A DNA stretch of 64,000 bases from Alphaproteobacteria bacterium (GCA_030430365.1 JAUIFP010000005.1:1326-65325), one strand, 5' to 3'; positions 50,217 to 60,872 are shown, counted from the stretch's first letter. Numbers and translations are program-made. Notes: generated by a model from the sequence alone, not told the origin.

Positions 50217-51095
50217 ATGCTGCTGGAAACGATCGCAACCGGCCACACGCCGATGGATATGAGTGACCTTTCCGGCAAGGTCGCCGTTGTGATCGGCGGC
50301 GCATCCGGCATCGGCCTGGCTCTGGCCCGGCGGCTACAGGCGGAAGGCATGCAGATTGTCCTGGCGGATTTCGATCCGCAGCCGCTCGAGAATGCTGCGC
50401 ATGACCTTGGAGCATTCCCCGTCCTGACCGATATCCGCGATCCGGACAGCGTGAATGCGCTCGCCCAGCAGGCGGTAGAGCGCTTTGGGACAGTGGACAT
50501 ATTGTGCTCCAACGCCGGCGTCTCGCGCATGGCGGGGATACAGCATTTGACCCTGCAGGACTGGCGATGGCTGTTCGAGGTGAACATGTTCGGCGCGGTG
50601 AATGCGGTGGAAGCGTTCCTGCCGATCCTGAAAGACAATCCGAAAGGAGCCCATATTCTGTTTACCGCGTCGCTTTCCAGCTTCTACCCGACGCGCGCCC
50701 AGGCAGCCTATGGGGCGACGAAATATGCCCTCGCCGCCTTCGGCGAAACACTCGCTCTAGAACTGCAGGCGGAAGATGTCGGTGTCGGCGTCACGCTGCT
50801 TTGCCCCGGCCCGGTGCGCACCAATATCGGTACCGGCTATGCCAAGCGCGAAGAACAGTATCGCGCAGCTTCGCCTTCAGTGTCCTCCGCCCCCGACATC
50901 CATGAACAGGCATTCCGCGCCGAAACCTATCAGGAGGATTGGGCCAGCGCCGATGAAGTGGCCGATTCCGCGCTGCAGGGAATGCGCCGCGGGGAAATGT
51001 GGGTCATCACCCATCCCCGGCTGATGTCCGCCGCGCTGGAGCGCAACCGGGCAATTGCCGAGGCGGCCGAGCGGGAAGAGAATACCGCAAGCTGA
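50217..51095 (+). CDS. Short-chain dehydrogenase/reductase
   Basis: GGASGIG, SNAGV, YGATK, CPGPV.T; GGGAGG RBS. Confidence 0.9.
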   Translation: MLLETIATGHTPMDMSDLSGKVAVVIGGASGIGLALARRLQAEGMQIVLADFDPQPLENAAHDLGAFPVLTDIRDPDSVNALAQQAVERFGTVDILCSNAGVSRMAGIQHLTLQDWRWLFEVNMFGAVNAVEAFLPILKDNPKGAHILFTASLSSFYPTRAQAAYGATKYALAAFGETLALELQAEDVGVGVTLLCPGPVRTNIGTGYAKREEQYRAASPSVSSAPDIHEQAFRAETYQEDWASADEVADSALQGMRRGEMWVITHPRLMSAALERNRAIAEAAEREENTAS

Positions 51096-51220
51096 CACGC
51101 CGCCAGAGCTTCCTGGCCTGCCACAAAGTGCAAGCGCAGATCTTCGCACCGCCACGAACGCAAGATTGCCGCGGCGAACATATCCTGATCAATTGGTTCC
51201 ACAATTATCGGGAGAGTCGC

Positions 51221-51775
51221 ATGTCAAATCTGACGCTTCGGCTGCTTGGCGCCGCTGCAGTGACGCAGTTCGCCTTAGCTGTACCCGCACTGGCCGAGGC
51301 CGGTGCGCAAGAGCGGGTTCAGCCCGTCCCGCCGCCAAGCCCGTTCCAGACCGAGGCGGAACGCAAGGCCGCATCGCCTGACGACAAATCGCCCAAGGTG
51401 GTGGTGAACGCTTTCAACCAGATGGCATTCTTCGACGGCGATCCGATCGGTGCGATCGAGAAATATGTGTCCGACGATTTCGTGGAGCGATACCCGGATT
51501 TCGCAAATGACGAATAACCGAATGACAAGGAAGCGACGATCGCCTTCTTCGAGACCCGGGGATGGAAAACAGGCGAACAGAACAAGGATACGGTTTATCA
51601 GGTCCTGGCCGAGGGCGACCGGGTAATGGTGTTCCACCACGTCACGATGGGGCCGGACGATCTGGGACTGGCCTTCGTCGACATCTTCAGGGTGGAAGAT
51701 GGATTGATCGTGGAGCATTGGGCTGTCGGGCAGCCCGTCTCGGAAAAGGTGTCGCCGCGCCACAGCATGTTCTGA
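51221..51775 (+). pseudogene. Exported SnoaL/NTF2-like protein interrupted by in-frame TAA at 51515-51517
   Basis: Same frame continues past the stop: ...DFANDE*PNDKEATIAFF...LAEGDRV...VDIFRVEDGLIVEHW...HSMF. Confidence 0.8.
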
Positions 51776-51797
51776 CAGGCGCGCTGGCCAGTGCCCG

Positions 51798-53165
51798 TCA
51801 GTTCTTCTTCTGCGTTTCCTTCTTACGCTTCATCGCGTCGTGGAAGCGGTCGGCCCAGCCCGGTTTCACCAGCTGTTCGCCGCGAACCATCCGCATGTCG
51901 CCGGCATCCACATCGCGCGAGACCGCGCTGCCCGCCGCCACGATCGCGTCCGCGCCGATCTTCAGCGGTGCGATCAATGCGGAGTTGGAACCGATGAAGG
52001 CCCTCTCCCCGATCACGGTCTTATATTTAAAATAGCCGTCATAATTGCAGGTGATCGTGCCCGCGCCGATATTCGCGCCCGCCCCGATCTCCGCATCGCC
52101 CAGATAGGTCAGGTGGTTGGCCTTCGCCCCCTTGCCCAGCACGGACTTCTTGATCTCCACGAAATTACCGACCTTGGAGCCTTCCTGCAGCTCCGCACCG
52201 GGGCGCAGGCGGGCAAACGGCCCCACTTCAACGCCGCTTTCGATCGTTGCCCCTGCAATATGGGAAAAGCCGTGGATCGTGACCCTGTCCGCCACAACCA
52301 CGCCGGGGCCGAAGATCACATTGGGCTCGATCGTGACGTCGCGCCCGATTTTCGTGTCCCAGGCGAAGAACACCGTTTCTGGCGCAGTCAGCGTTGCGCC
52401 ATCGGCCATCGCTTCCACGCGGCGGCGAGCCTGCCAGCGCGCTTCCGCCTCCGCCAGTTCGCTCCGGCTGTTGATCCCGGCGACCTCTTCCGGATGTTCC
52501 GCAGTCACCACGGCGCAAATCCGTCCGTCGGCCAGCGCCAGGTTCACGATATCCGGCAGGTAATATTCGCCTTGCGCATTATCGTTGCCCACGCGGGCAA
52601 GCAGGCCGAACAGATCGGACCCGCGCACAGCCATCAGGCCCGAATTGCACAGGGTGCAGGCGCGCTCCGCCTCAGTCGCATCCTTGTGCTCGACCATCTT
52701 TTCGATCCGCCCGTCGCTGGCGATCACGCGGCCATATTGCAGCGTGTCGGCAGGCTCGAATCCCAACACGACCGCCGCCGGCGCATCCTCCGCTTCCAGG
52801 CGGGAAATCATCGCCCGCATGGTCTCGCTGCGCACGAAAGGCACATCGCCATACAGGATCAGCACGGGGCCATCGAACCCGGCCAGAGCGCTCTCTGCCT
52901 GCTGCACCGCATGGCCGGTCCCCAGTTGAGGTTCCTGCACCGCCAGTTCAGCCCGGCCTGCCAGTGCGCCTTCCAGCTGATCGCGCCCGTCCCCCACCAC
53001 GACAACCGTCCGCTGCGAAGCGAGCTCGTCCAGCGAGGCCAGCAGATGCTCGATCATCGCCCGGCCCGCAATCGGGTGGAGCACCTTGTGCAGATCGCTT
53101 TTCATGCGGGTTCCCTTGCCCGCGGCAAGGACGATAGCGGCGACAGAAGAGGCAGGATCACTCAT
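51798..53165 (-). CDS. glmU: Bifunctional UDP-GlcNAc pyrophosphorylase / glucosamine-1-P acetyltransferase
   Basis: LAAGKGTRMKS, QLGTGHAV, YGDVP, GEYYL, GPFARLRP, GAGTITCNYDG. Confidence 0.97.
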   Translation of the reverse strand: MSDPASSVAAIVLAAGKGTRMKSDLHKVLHPIAGRAMIEHLLASLDELASQRTVVVVGDGRDQLEGALAGRAELAVQEPQLGTGHAVQQAESALAGFDGPVLILYGDVPFVRSETMRAMISRLEAEDAPAAVVLGFEPADTLQYGRVIASDGRIEKMVEHKDATEAERACTLCNSGLMAVRGSDLFGLLARVGNDNAQGEYYLPDIVNLALADGRICAVVTAEHPEEVAGINSRSELAEAEARWQARRRVEAMADGATLTAPETVFFAWDTKIGRDVTIEPNVIFGPGVVVADRVTIHGFSHIAGATIESGVEVGPFARLRPGAELQEGSKVGNFVEIKKSVLGKGAKANHLTYLGDAEIGAGANIGAGTITCNYDGYFKYKTVIGERAFIGSNSALIAPLKIGADAIVAAGSAVSRDVDAGDMRMVRGEQLVKPGWADRFHDAMKRKKETQKKN

Positions 53166-53226
53166 GGCGCAAGCCATGCCATCATTTCATTGCGGTTTCC
53201 ATATAGACACGGCACAGGTCGCCCGG

Positions 53227-53901
53227 ATGACGGAATTTCCCTTTACCATGATCGGCTTCGACCTGGACGGAACGCTGGTCGATTCCAACCCCGATATCGG
53301 CCCTTCGATCAACCATGCCATCACGCAGTTCGGCCGCGAGGCGATTCCGGTGTCGGAGACCTTCAGGCTGATCGGCGGCGGTGCTCGGCTGATGCTCTCA
53401 CGCGCGCTCGATCTGACTGGCGGGCCGCTGCCGGAAGACGAGTTCGAAGAAGCGCACAGGCTGCAGCAGAGCTATTACGAGGCGAATATCGCCGTCCACT
53501 CCAAGCCCTATCCCGGCTGCCTGGATACGCTGGACCGGCTCGCCCAGCTCGGCTGCACATTGGCGGTGGTGACCAACAAGCGGGAAAGCTTCGCGATCAA
53601 GCTGCTGGAAGAGCTGGACATGGCAGCCCGCTTCGCCTGCATCCTGGGCGGCGATACGCTTGGCCCCGGCCGCTCCAAGCCCGAACCGGACATGATCGAA
53701 GAGGCTATCCGGCAGTGCGAGCGCTATGGCCGCTTCGCGATGGTGGGCGATTCATCCTACGATGTGCGCGCGGCAAGAGCGGCCGGAGTGCCCTGCGCGA
53801 TTTTCAGCTTCGGCTATCACGATGCCCCGCCGGAGACCTTGGGCGCGGATGCCCTGCTCCACCATTTCAGCGAGTTGGTGCCCGCCTTGCGCGGCCTCTG
53901 A
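53227..53901 (+). CDS. HAD family phosphatase (phosphoglycolate phosphatase-like)
   Basis: FDLDGTLVDS, VVTNK, KPEPD, MVGDSSYD. Confidence 0.88.
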   Translation: MTEFPFTMIGFDLDGTLVDSNPDIGPSINHAITQFGREAIPVSETFRLIGGGARLMLSRALDLTGGPLPEDEFEEAHRLQQSYYEANIAVHSKPYPGCLDTLDRLAQLGCTLAVVTNKRESFAIKLLEELDMAARFACILGGDTLGPGRSKPEPDMIEEAIRQCERYGRFAMVGDSSYDVRAARAAGVPCAIFSFGYHDAPPETLGADALLHHFSELVPALRGL

Positions 53902-53954
53902 GGCCCCGCAGATCACAGGGCCTCACCGCTCGCTGTCTCTTGTTCCCGCAAGGA

Positions 53955-55334
53955 TCAGAAATCGAATTGCGCGCGCATTCCGAATGTGTCGACACCGTAG
54001 GAACTGCCCGATGCCGAGAGGATCGCGGCATCGTCATAGCTCATATGGCCGTAATCGATCAGGAACCGCGTGAAATCGGTCGGCGTCCAGACCAGTGACA
54101 CGGCATAGCCATTCTGCGTGCCGCCCACCACGGCTCCATCGGTGAGATCCAGATAGTCGTAGCGCAAATTGATCTGCAGGGCGCCCAGCCCGCCTTCGCC
54201 CACCGGATTGGCGGGCTTCGTGCGGTCGAACTTGAAGCCCTTATAGCCGCGCCGATCCCCGCCGGTCAGGAAATAGCCGATCTCCGCATAACCGCCGAAG
54301 AAGGTGGGATCGTCCATCATCGGCCGCTTGACGGACTGCCAATAGGCTTCCGCAACCGCATGGAAAGGCCCGCTGATCGCGGCGGCCTCCAGCCCGGCGC
54401 CGAATTCGCCGGTCGCGGGAATGGCGCTGGTATCGATGAAGCGCGTATCGGTGAAATGGACATGCGGCCGCTGGCGATAGCGCACCGACTGGCCAGCATC
54501 GTTCAAATCGCGCCAATGCAGCGAACCGCCGAAATGGAGCTGCGTGTCGCCCGCCTTGGGCGCAAAGACCGCGCGGCCATCCACGCTGAGACTGTTATTC
54601 TCGTCGCTATCCAGATCGGCGATGGAATCAGTGAAGACGCCGGCCTGGACCAGCAAATCCCCGCTGGTGACCTGCCCCGATACGCCCACGCGGCGTTCGA
54701 AGCCGAAGGCATCGGTGAAGGCCGCCCGCTCCATGAAGGACAGGAACCGGCTGCTGGTGAGTTCTTCCAGCGACTGGAAAGTGTTGTGCTGGCCGATCGT
54801 GACCTCAAGATCCTTGTGCTCATAGGTCAGCAGGGCATCGGTCAACTCCGCACCGCCTTCCGCGAAATCGACCTCGATCTTGTAACCGAACCCGCCGGCA
54901 ATATCGCCTTGCACGCCAATCCGGGCGCGGCGCACTTCATTGGCGAAGCCCAGGCCCGCATCGCTAACACCATCCGGCGAACTCACCGTGCCCGCATCCA
55001 CCTGCAACCGGCCGAAAGGCTTGAAGCTCCAATCGCCATCATCCTTGCTGAGCTCGGCCACGGGGGCAGGTTCTGCCGCCGCTACACTCGCAGCCTCGGC
55101 CTGGGCGCTGGCCTGCATGGCCGCCTCGCCCGCTGCATCGGCCTTGGCGTCCGCCGCCTCCAGCTCTCCTTCCAGCACATCGATCCGGTCGGCCATCGCC
55201 TCCATCTGCTGCCGCATCTGGGCGAGTTCGGCGCGCAAAGCCTCGGTTTCGCTGGAAGTTTCCGCTGCTGCAGGGACGGCCCAGCCCAGGGCAGCAGCCA
55301 GCGCGATGGCGGAAACGGGACGGTATTTTTTCAT
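53955..55334 (-). CDS. OprO/OprP family phosphate-selective porin
   Basis: Signal peptide and coiled coil, GRLQVD, EVRRARIG, LEELTSSRF.SFMER, RYRQRP, C-terminal RAQFDF. Confidence 0.9.
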   Translation of the reverse strand: MKKYRPVSAIALAAALGWAVPAAAETSSETEALRAELAQMRQQMEAMADRIDVLEGELEAADAKADAAGEAAMQASAQAEAASVAAAEPAPVAELSKDDGDWSFKPFGRLQVDAGTVSSPDGVSDAGLGFANEVRRARIGVQGDIAGGFGYKIEVDFAEGGAELTDALLTYEHKDLEVTIGQHNTFQSLEELTSSRFLSFMERAAFTDAFGFERRVGVSGQVTSGDLLVQAGVFTDSIADLDSDENNSLSVDGRAVFAPKAGDTQLHFGGSLHWRDLNDAGQSVRYRQRPHVHFTDTRFIDTSAIPATGEFGAGLEAAAISGPFHAVAEAYWQSVKRPMMDDPTFFGGYAEIGYFLTGGDRRGYKGFKFDRTKPANPVGEGGLGALQINLRYDYLDLTDGAVVGGTQNGYAVSLVWTPTDFTRFLIDYGHMSYDDAAILSASGSSYGVDTFGMRAQFDF

Positions 55335-55383
55335 TGAGCGATCTTTCACGATTTCTGATTCATTACAATTCGGTTGCGCCTCT

Positions 55384-55412
55384 AGGACGGTTTGATGACT
55401 GTTATGTGACAA
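55384..55412 (-). promoter_or_regulatory. Pho box (PhoB site) upstream of the porin
   Basis: Minus strand TTGTCAC-ATAA-CAGTCAT-CAAA-CCGTCCT: 7-4-7 repeats close to CTGTCAT consensus. Confidence 0.75.
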
Positions 55413-55554
55413 CCGTCTTGCAAGGCACCTTGGCGGCCGGGCGGGCGATCCCGGCAGGCAGTTGAAACCCACATGAAGCCGTGCCATCCCAGCGGGAATG
55501 GCGGCGCGAGATTGCAGCAATGCCGCGCGCCCAACCCCAATCGGGAGAGTTTCA

Positions 55555-56463
55555 ATGTCCGTTTCGTTCAAGGATCGCGTGGCCATCGTCACTGGCGCAG
55601 GGGGCGGGCTCGGCCGGGCCTATGCACTCGAACTCGCGAAGCGCGGGGCGAAGGTCGTGGTCAACGATCTGGGCGGTGCGCGCGACGGCACCGGCCACAG
55701 CGATGCTGCGCTGGAAGTGGTCGAGGAGATCAAGCAGGCCGGCGGCGAAGCGATGTCGAACGGGGCCTCCGTCACCGAATATGAGCAGATGGTGGAAATG
55801 GTCGCCAAGGCGAAGGAAGAATGGGGCGGCGTCCACGTTCTGATCAACAATGCCGGCGTCCTTCGGGACAAGAGCTTTGCCAAGATGGAGCCGGAAGACT
55901 TCGAATTCGTGGTCAAGGTCCACCTGTTCGGCTCCGCCTATGCGACCAAGGCGTGCTGGGACCTGATGCGCGAGCAATCCTATGGCCGTGTGCTGATGAC
56001 CACCAGTTCCACCGGGCTCTACGGCAATTTCGGCCAGGCCAATTACGGCGCTGCCAAGGCGGGGCTGGTCGGCCTTGCCAAGACGCTCCACCTCGAAGGC
56101 GCGAAATACGATATCAAGGTCAACACGCTCGTCCCGCTGGCCGGCACGCGCATGACCGAGGATATCATTCCCGAACAGGCTTTCGAGATGTTCGCGCCGG
56201 AGAACGTCGTTCCGGCCGCGCTCTATCTGGTCAGCGAGGACGCGCCCAACAATGTCATCGTGGGCGGCGGCGTCGGCGGATACCATTCCGCCTGGGTGAC
56301 GATGAACACGCCCGTGATCCTGCCCCCCGAAGAACGCACGGTGGAAGGCTTCGCCGCGCATTGGAAGGAAATCTCCAACCGCGAAGACGATTTCGTTCCG
56401 CAATCGGGCATGGAACAGACCCAGCGGACCCTGGCCGAGATCCAGAAAGCCGGCTCCAAATAA
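55555..56463 (+). CDS. SDR oxidoreductase (3-hydroxyacyl-CoA dehydrogenase-like)
   Basis: TGAGGGLG, VVVNDLG, NNAGVLRD, GNFGQANYGAAK. Confidence 0.9.
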   Translation: MSVSFKDRVAIVTGAGGGLGRAYALELAKRGAKVVVNDLGGARDGTGHSDAALEVVEEIKQAGGEAMSNGASVTEYEQMVEMVAKAKEEWGGVHVLINNAGVLRDKSFAKMEPEDFEFVVKVHLFGSAYATKACWDLMREQSYGRVLMTTSSTGLYGNFGQANYGAAKAGLVGLAKTLHLEGAKYDIKVNTLVPLAGTRMTEDIIPEQAFEMFAPENVVPAALYLVSEDAPNNVIVGGGVGGYHSAWVTMNTPVILPPEERTVEGFAAHWKEISNREDDFVPQSGMEQTQRTLAEIQKAGSK

Positions 56464-56576
56464 CCGCCCCGGTGGCGGACATAGGCGCGCAGGCAGAATG
56501 CATGCCTGCACCGCCCCGCATACGGCACAGGCCCGCATTCCGCCCGCCCCCGAAACGACCGGCGGGGCGGCGGCTG

Positions 56577-56652
56577 CGAATCATACATTCACGATATCAA
56601 ATAACCGTATAGGTTAGATCAGACATCGTCCTGTGTAGGAAAGCGTTATTTT
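56577..56652. repeat. Conserved intergenic element, copy 2
   Basis: CGAATCATACATTCACGAT...AAATAACCGTATAGGTTAGATCA...GTGTAGGAAAGCG, same orientation as copy at 6052-6125. Confidence 0.85.
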
Positions 56653-56683
56653 CGCGAGAGGCAGGAAGCGCGCAATTCCGCGC

Positions 56684-57055
56684 CTATTCGTCGACGACCT
56701 TTACCAGGCGGCGTTCGATCGGGGCGAGCACGCCCGCCAGTTCGTGCCCGCGCTTGAGGACCTGGCCCTGTTCGCCGAACAGCGTCCACATGCCCTGGCG
56801 GTTGCGCAGCGCGGGGCGCTTTTCGATGCGAGTCTGCGGATATTCCGCCGTACGCCGGAACGCCGCGAACACCGCAATGTCGCGGTTGAAATCCATCGCA
56901 TAGTCGCGCCATTCGCCCGCTGCGACCATCCGCCCATAGAGATCGAGGATACGCATCAACTCGCCGCGCTCGAAGCCCACCTGCTGAACTCCGTGCCCCG
57001 GAAACGCTCCGGGAAAGGCAAGAACTTTCGATGCCTGCGGCCCGTTTGCCGCCAT
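56684..57055 (-). CDS. DUF2794 family protein
   Basis: F.R.EL..ILDLYGRMVAAGEWRDYA...LKRGHEL. Confidence 0.85.
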   Translation of the reverse strand: MAANGPQASKVLAFPGAFPGHGVQQVGFERGELMRILDLYGRMVAAGEWRDYAMDFNRDIAVFAAFRRTAEYPQTRIEKRPALRNRQGMWTLFGEQGQVLKRGHELAGVLAPIERRLVKVVDE

Positions 57056-57759
57056 CAGCTATCCGTCCCGCTGCGCTTGGTAGCTGGCGCTTCGTCGCTG
57101 CCACTCACTGCCTGGATGGCATCGAGCTGCGCCTTCAGCTCGGCCAGCTGCGCTTCAAGCATTTCAATCCGCTGGCCCGTCGGTTCGCAGGGCTCGTCGC
57201 ACGGCGTGCCATAGGGGATGAACTCGCGCATCCAGGTTTCGGCGGGGACCAGCGTGGACCGCGCCTTCAGGCCGATCATGGTCGCGCCTTCGGGTACATC
57301 GTCCGTCACCACGGCATTGGCGCCGACCCGGGCCCGTTCGCCGATCGTGATCGGCCCGATGATCTGCGCGCCCGATCCGATGATCACATTGTCTGCCAGC
57401 GTAGGATGGCGCTTGCCGCCCTCGCCGCTGGTGGGGTTCGTCCCGCCTAATGTAACGCATTGATAGATCGTGACATTATTGCCGATCTCGGCCGTCTCAC
57501 CGATCACCGTAAAGCCGTGATCGATAAAGAAGTTTTTCCCGATCCTGGCGCCGGGATGAATATCGATCGCGGTCAGAAACCGCGAAAAATGGTTCACCAT
57601 CCGGGCAAGGAAGAACAGATTTCCCTTGAACAGCCAGTGCGCGACGCGATGAAAGGCGAGCGCCCAGACGCCCGGATAAAGCAGGATTTCCCAGCGGGAA
57701 CGCGGTGCAGGATCGCGCTCTCGCACGGAATCCAGATATTTGACCAATCGTTCGAACAT
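57055..57759 (-). CDS. cysE: Serine O-acetyltransferase
   Basis: RDPAPRS, LYPGVWA, IDIHPGARIG..FFIDHG, GETAEIG, KRHPT. Confidence 0.92.
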   Translation of the reverse strand: MFERLVKYLDSVRERDPAPRSRWEILLYPGVWALAFHRVAHWLFKGNLFFLARMVNHFSRFLTAIDIHPGARIGKNFFIDHGFTVIGETAEIGNNVTIYQCVTLGGTNPTSGEGGKRHPTLADNVIIGSGAQIIGPITIGERARVGANAVVTDDVPEGATMIGLKARSTLVPAETWMREFIPYGTPCDEPCEPTGQRIEMLEAQLAELKAQLDAIQAVSGSDEAPATKRSGTDS

Positions 57760-57789
57760 CCTGGCCTCGATTCTTCCCCAAAATCAGCC

Positions 57790-58401
57790 TTAAAGCAAGT
57801 TGTGTTGCTCTGGCCCTAACGTGGCTTCCAGCGCGGCACGCCAGATCGCCATGGTTGCCGGCTGCTTCCGCTCGAGGCTGAGCCGGTCGATGATGTCCAC
57901 CAGCCTCTCCAGCCCCGCAAAACTGCGCTCGCAGCGTGGGACCAGATAGGCCGCCGCCCCTTCTCCCAGCGCCAGCCCGCGTTGTTCGGCCAGGGATAGG
58001 ATAAGGTTACTTGCCATTTCGTCGTCTGGAGCGCCGATTTCAAGATGCAGCGCCGCCCCCAGCCTCGACCTCAGGTCGGGCAGCGAAATTTCCCAGTTTT
58101 CCGCGTCTGCGACCAGCAAAAGGGGCACGCCGTCCTCTTGCGCTCGATTCCAGCGATGGAACAATTCGGTTTCGTCGATCCGGTCCGCGCCGTCTATCGC
58201 CCGGCCCTTGCCCTGCTGTTCGAACCAGCGGGCAATAAGCGATTTGCCCGATCGGGGCGGCCCCGTCAGCACGGCCGTGCGAAATGGCCAGTTCTCGGGG
58301 GCGGCCAGCGCTTCGAAAATATGGGCGTTGGCCGAACCGACCACGATCCTTGCGGGCCCCCTGCCCGGACCCGGATGCAATGGGAGGGCAATCTGCGACA
58401 T
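57790..58401 (-). CDS. DnaA-related AAA+ protein (HdaA-like)
   Basis: N-terminal QIALPL clamp-binding-like motif, GPPRSGKS, LPDLRSRL; upstream of cysE and near purM. Confidence 0.85.
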   Translation of the reverse strand: MSQIALPLHPGPGRGPARIVVGSANAHIFEALAAPENWPFRTAVLTGPPRSGKSLIARWFEQQGKGRAIDGADRIDETELFHRWNRAQEDGVPLLLVADAENWEISLPDLRSRLGAALHLEIGAPDDEMASNLILSLAEQRGLALGEGAAAYLVPRCERSFAGLERLVDIIDRLSLERKQPATMAIWRAALEATLGPEQHNLL

Positions 58402-58412
58402 CGCGGCCCCGG

Positions 58413-59693
58413 CTACCTGCTGATGGAGAGCGCGTTGCCGCCCTGTGTCACACTGAAGCCCCGCGCTCGCAAGGCTTGGGCGAGCGAGGCCAGATCGCCC
58501 GCATAGGTCACGCGCATCACCGAAACGCCGCCGATGGCGACACTGCTAGTGCCGGCGCCGCGCACGCCCGGTGTGCCGCGCACGATGCCGATGATCTCAT
58601 CCACATCCGCCGCGCCGGGCGTCGCGAATTGCACAACGAAGCTGGTGACCGCTTGCGTTCCGGTTCCTTCGAGGCCCTCGATCTCTACCGGCACGGCAAG
58701 GCCAGCCGCTGCCGCAGCCTCTTCCGCCCGCGTGACCTGCCGTTCGGCATCGATCAGCGCGGCAATCGTGGGATCGAGCACCAGCTTGTCCGCGCGCAGG
58801 GTCGGATCGGGCTTCAGCGTCCCGCGATTGAGCGCGCTTGTATAAATCGCATTGAGCCGGTCCAGCGCCTCGTCCAGCATCGCGGGCACGCCGTCTTCAC
58901 CCTCGGCACGCAGGGTGAAACTCTCGATCAGCCTGTTGTCCGGGCCATAACGCGCAGTGAATGTGCCGACCACCGGGCCGCCGGGCCATTGCCGTTCCAG
59001 ATGCGCGATCGGGAAGATCACGTCGGCCGCGCCGAACGCGTCCAGCGCATTGCGCCACCAATTGCGGCTGCGCCGGCCCAGCTGGCCATAATTGATCAGC
59101 AGCGAATCGCCTCCGGCGCCGGACGGGCGCACATAGTCGATCGCACTGGCGCCGGTTTGATATTCGGCCCAGGCCCGCTGCCACAGATGGCGCGTCTCAT
59201 AGACCGTGTAGGTGCCGCCAGCGCGCAGCACCGGAATGGTCAGCATCGGCGCGGAATTGGCGCGCGGCCCTTCGCCCTGGCCGATCAGCGCCCCGGCGCG
59301 CGTACGGTCGAACACCACCCCAAGCCGGGCGATATAGCGCCGCGGACCAACCTGTTCGCTCTCGATCACCACGGCGGAGACCATGTCTTCCAGATTCGAA
59401 TCGCTCACCGTGGGCCCGCCGAGCTTTTCCCATGCCTTGCGCTGCGCCTCGATCCAGCCGTTCTTCCGCGCGTCCTGCGAATTCTTGCCGGTGACGTTCA
59501 CTTCGATCCCGCCCACCGCGATGTCCGCGCTGCTGGCGACCGGCGCGATCCCGCGCTCTCCGGCCACTTGCGCGATCAACGCCTGGCCCAGAGGGACTGC
59601 CGCAATCAGCCCGGCACAGGCCGCCAGCCAGACGATCCGGCCGCTGCCGATGCGGTGCACAAAGGGCTGAAAGGAGGAGGATGAAAGGGTCAT
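58413..59693 (-). CDS. Conserved exported protein divergent from purM (start approximate)
   Basis: C-terminal half of the 838-aa ORF: N-terminal [28 protein letters not shown]; upstream part is antisense to purM. Confidence 0.75.
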   Translation of the reverse strand: MTLSSSSFQPFVHRIGSGRIVWLAACAGLIAAVPLGQALIAQVAGERGIAPVASSADIAVGGIEVNVTGKNSQDARKNGWIEAQRKAWEKLGGPTVSDSNLEDMVSAVVIESEQVGPRRYIARLGVVFDRTRAGALIGQGEGPRANSAPMLTIPVLRAGGTYTVYETRHLWQRAWAEYQTGASAIDYVRPSGAGGDSLLINYGQLGRRSRNWWRNALDAFGAADVIFPIAHLERQWPGGPVVGTFTARYGPDNRLIESFTLRAEGEDGVPAMLDEALDRLNAIYTSALNRGTLKPDPTLRADKLVLDPTIAALIDAERQVTRAEEAAAAAGLAVPVEIEGLEGTGTQAVTSFVVQFATPGAADVDEIIGIVRGTPGVRGAGTSSVAIGGVSVMRVTYAGDLASLAQALRARGFSVTQGGNALSISR

Positions 59694-59765
59694 TTGGGGA
59701 AACTGCGCGTCTTTTGCCCAAAGGGACATGGAAATCCAAGCGGGAATGCGCCAAAGCCCATTTCC

Positions 59766-60872
59766 ATGACGTCCAACAACCCGCCCCCCAATTCCTATAC
59801 ATACGAACAGGCCGGTGTCTCGATCGACGCCGGCAATGCGCTGGTCAAGGCGATCGGCCCGCTGGTGAAGGCCACGGCCCGGCCTGGCGCGGATTCCGAA
59901 CTCGGCGGCTTCGGCGGCTTTTTCGATCCGCGTGCGGCGGGTTACACCGATCCGTTGCTGGTCGCCGCGAATGACGGGGTGGGCACGAAACTCAAGCTCG
60001 CCATCGGTTATGACCGGCACGACACGATAGGCATCGATCTGGTGGCGATGTGCGTGAACGATCTGATCGTCCAGGGCGCGGAACCGCTGTTCTTCCTGGA
60101 TTATTTCGCCACCGGCAAACTGGATAACGGCGTTGCCGAACGCGTGATCGGCGGAATTGCCGAAGGCTGCCGGATGGCCGGCTGCGCGCTGATCGGCGGC
60201 GAAACGGCCGAAATGCCCGGAATGTATTCGCCCGGCGATTACGACCTGGGCGGCTTTTGCGTGGGCGCTGTCGAACGCGGCCAGCAGCTGACCGGTGAGA
60301 AAGTCGCGCCCGGGCATGTGCTGCTGGGGCTCGTCAGTTCCGGCGTCCATTCCAACGGATATTCGCTCGTGCGGCGCCTGGCCGACGATCTGGGATGGCG
60401 CATGACGGAACCTGCCCCCTTCGACGAGGAACGGCTGCTGATCGAAGCGCTGATCGAGCCGACCCGGATCTACGTGCAGAGCGTGCTCCCCTCGATCCGC
60501 GCGGGCAAGATCGACGCGCTGGCCCATATTACCGGCGGCGGGCTGCTGGAAAACATTCCGCGCGTCCTGCCCAAAGGTGCGCATGCCGTGATCGATGCCG
60601 ATGCATGGAAGCAGCCGCGGCTGATGAAGTTCCTGCAGAAACAGGGCAATATCGATCCGGCCGAAATGGCGCGGACCTTCAATTGCGGTGTCGGCATGGT
60701 GCTGGCGGTCGAACCCGGCATGGTGAAAGACGTGAAGTCCGAACTGGCCGAGCGCGGCGAACGCGCCTTCAAGATCGGCGAGATCGTGGAAGGGGACCGT
60801 GGCTGCACGGTACGCGGACCCAAGGGCAAATGGGGCGCACAAGCCGATTGGGAAGCCGTGCATCGTGCCTGA
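59766..60872 (+). CDS. purM: AIR synthetase
   Basis: [60 protein letters not shown]. Confidence 0.97.
   Translation: MTSNNPPPNSYTYEQAGVSIDAGNALVKAIGPLVKATARPGADSELGGFGGFFDPRAAGYTDPLLVAANDGVGTKLKLAIGYDRHDTIGIDLVAMCVNDLIVQGAEPLFFLDYFATGKLDNGVAERVIGGIAEGCRMAGCALIGGETAEMPGMYSPGDYDLGGFCVGAVERGQQLTGEKVAPGHVLLGLVSSGVHSNGYSLVRRLADDLGWRMTEPAPFDEERLLIEALIEPTRIYVQSVLPSIRAGKIDALAHITGGGLLENIPRVLPKGAHAVIDADAWKQPRLMKFLQKQGNIDPAEMARTFNCGVGMVLAVEPGMVKDVKSELAERGERAFKIGEIVEGDRGCTVRGPKGKWGAQADWEAVHRA

Noticed and set aside
51840-54098. 752-aa plus-strand ORF
   Set aside because: Antisense to glmU and out of frame over the HAD phosphatase; no motifs
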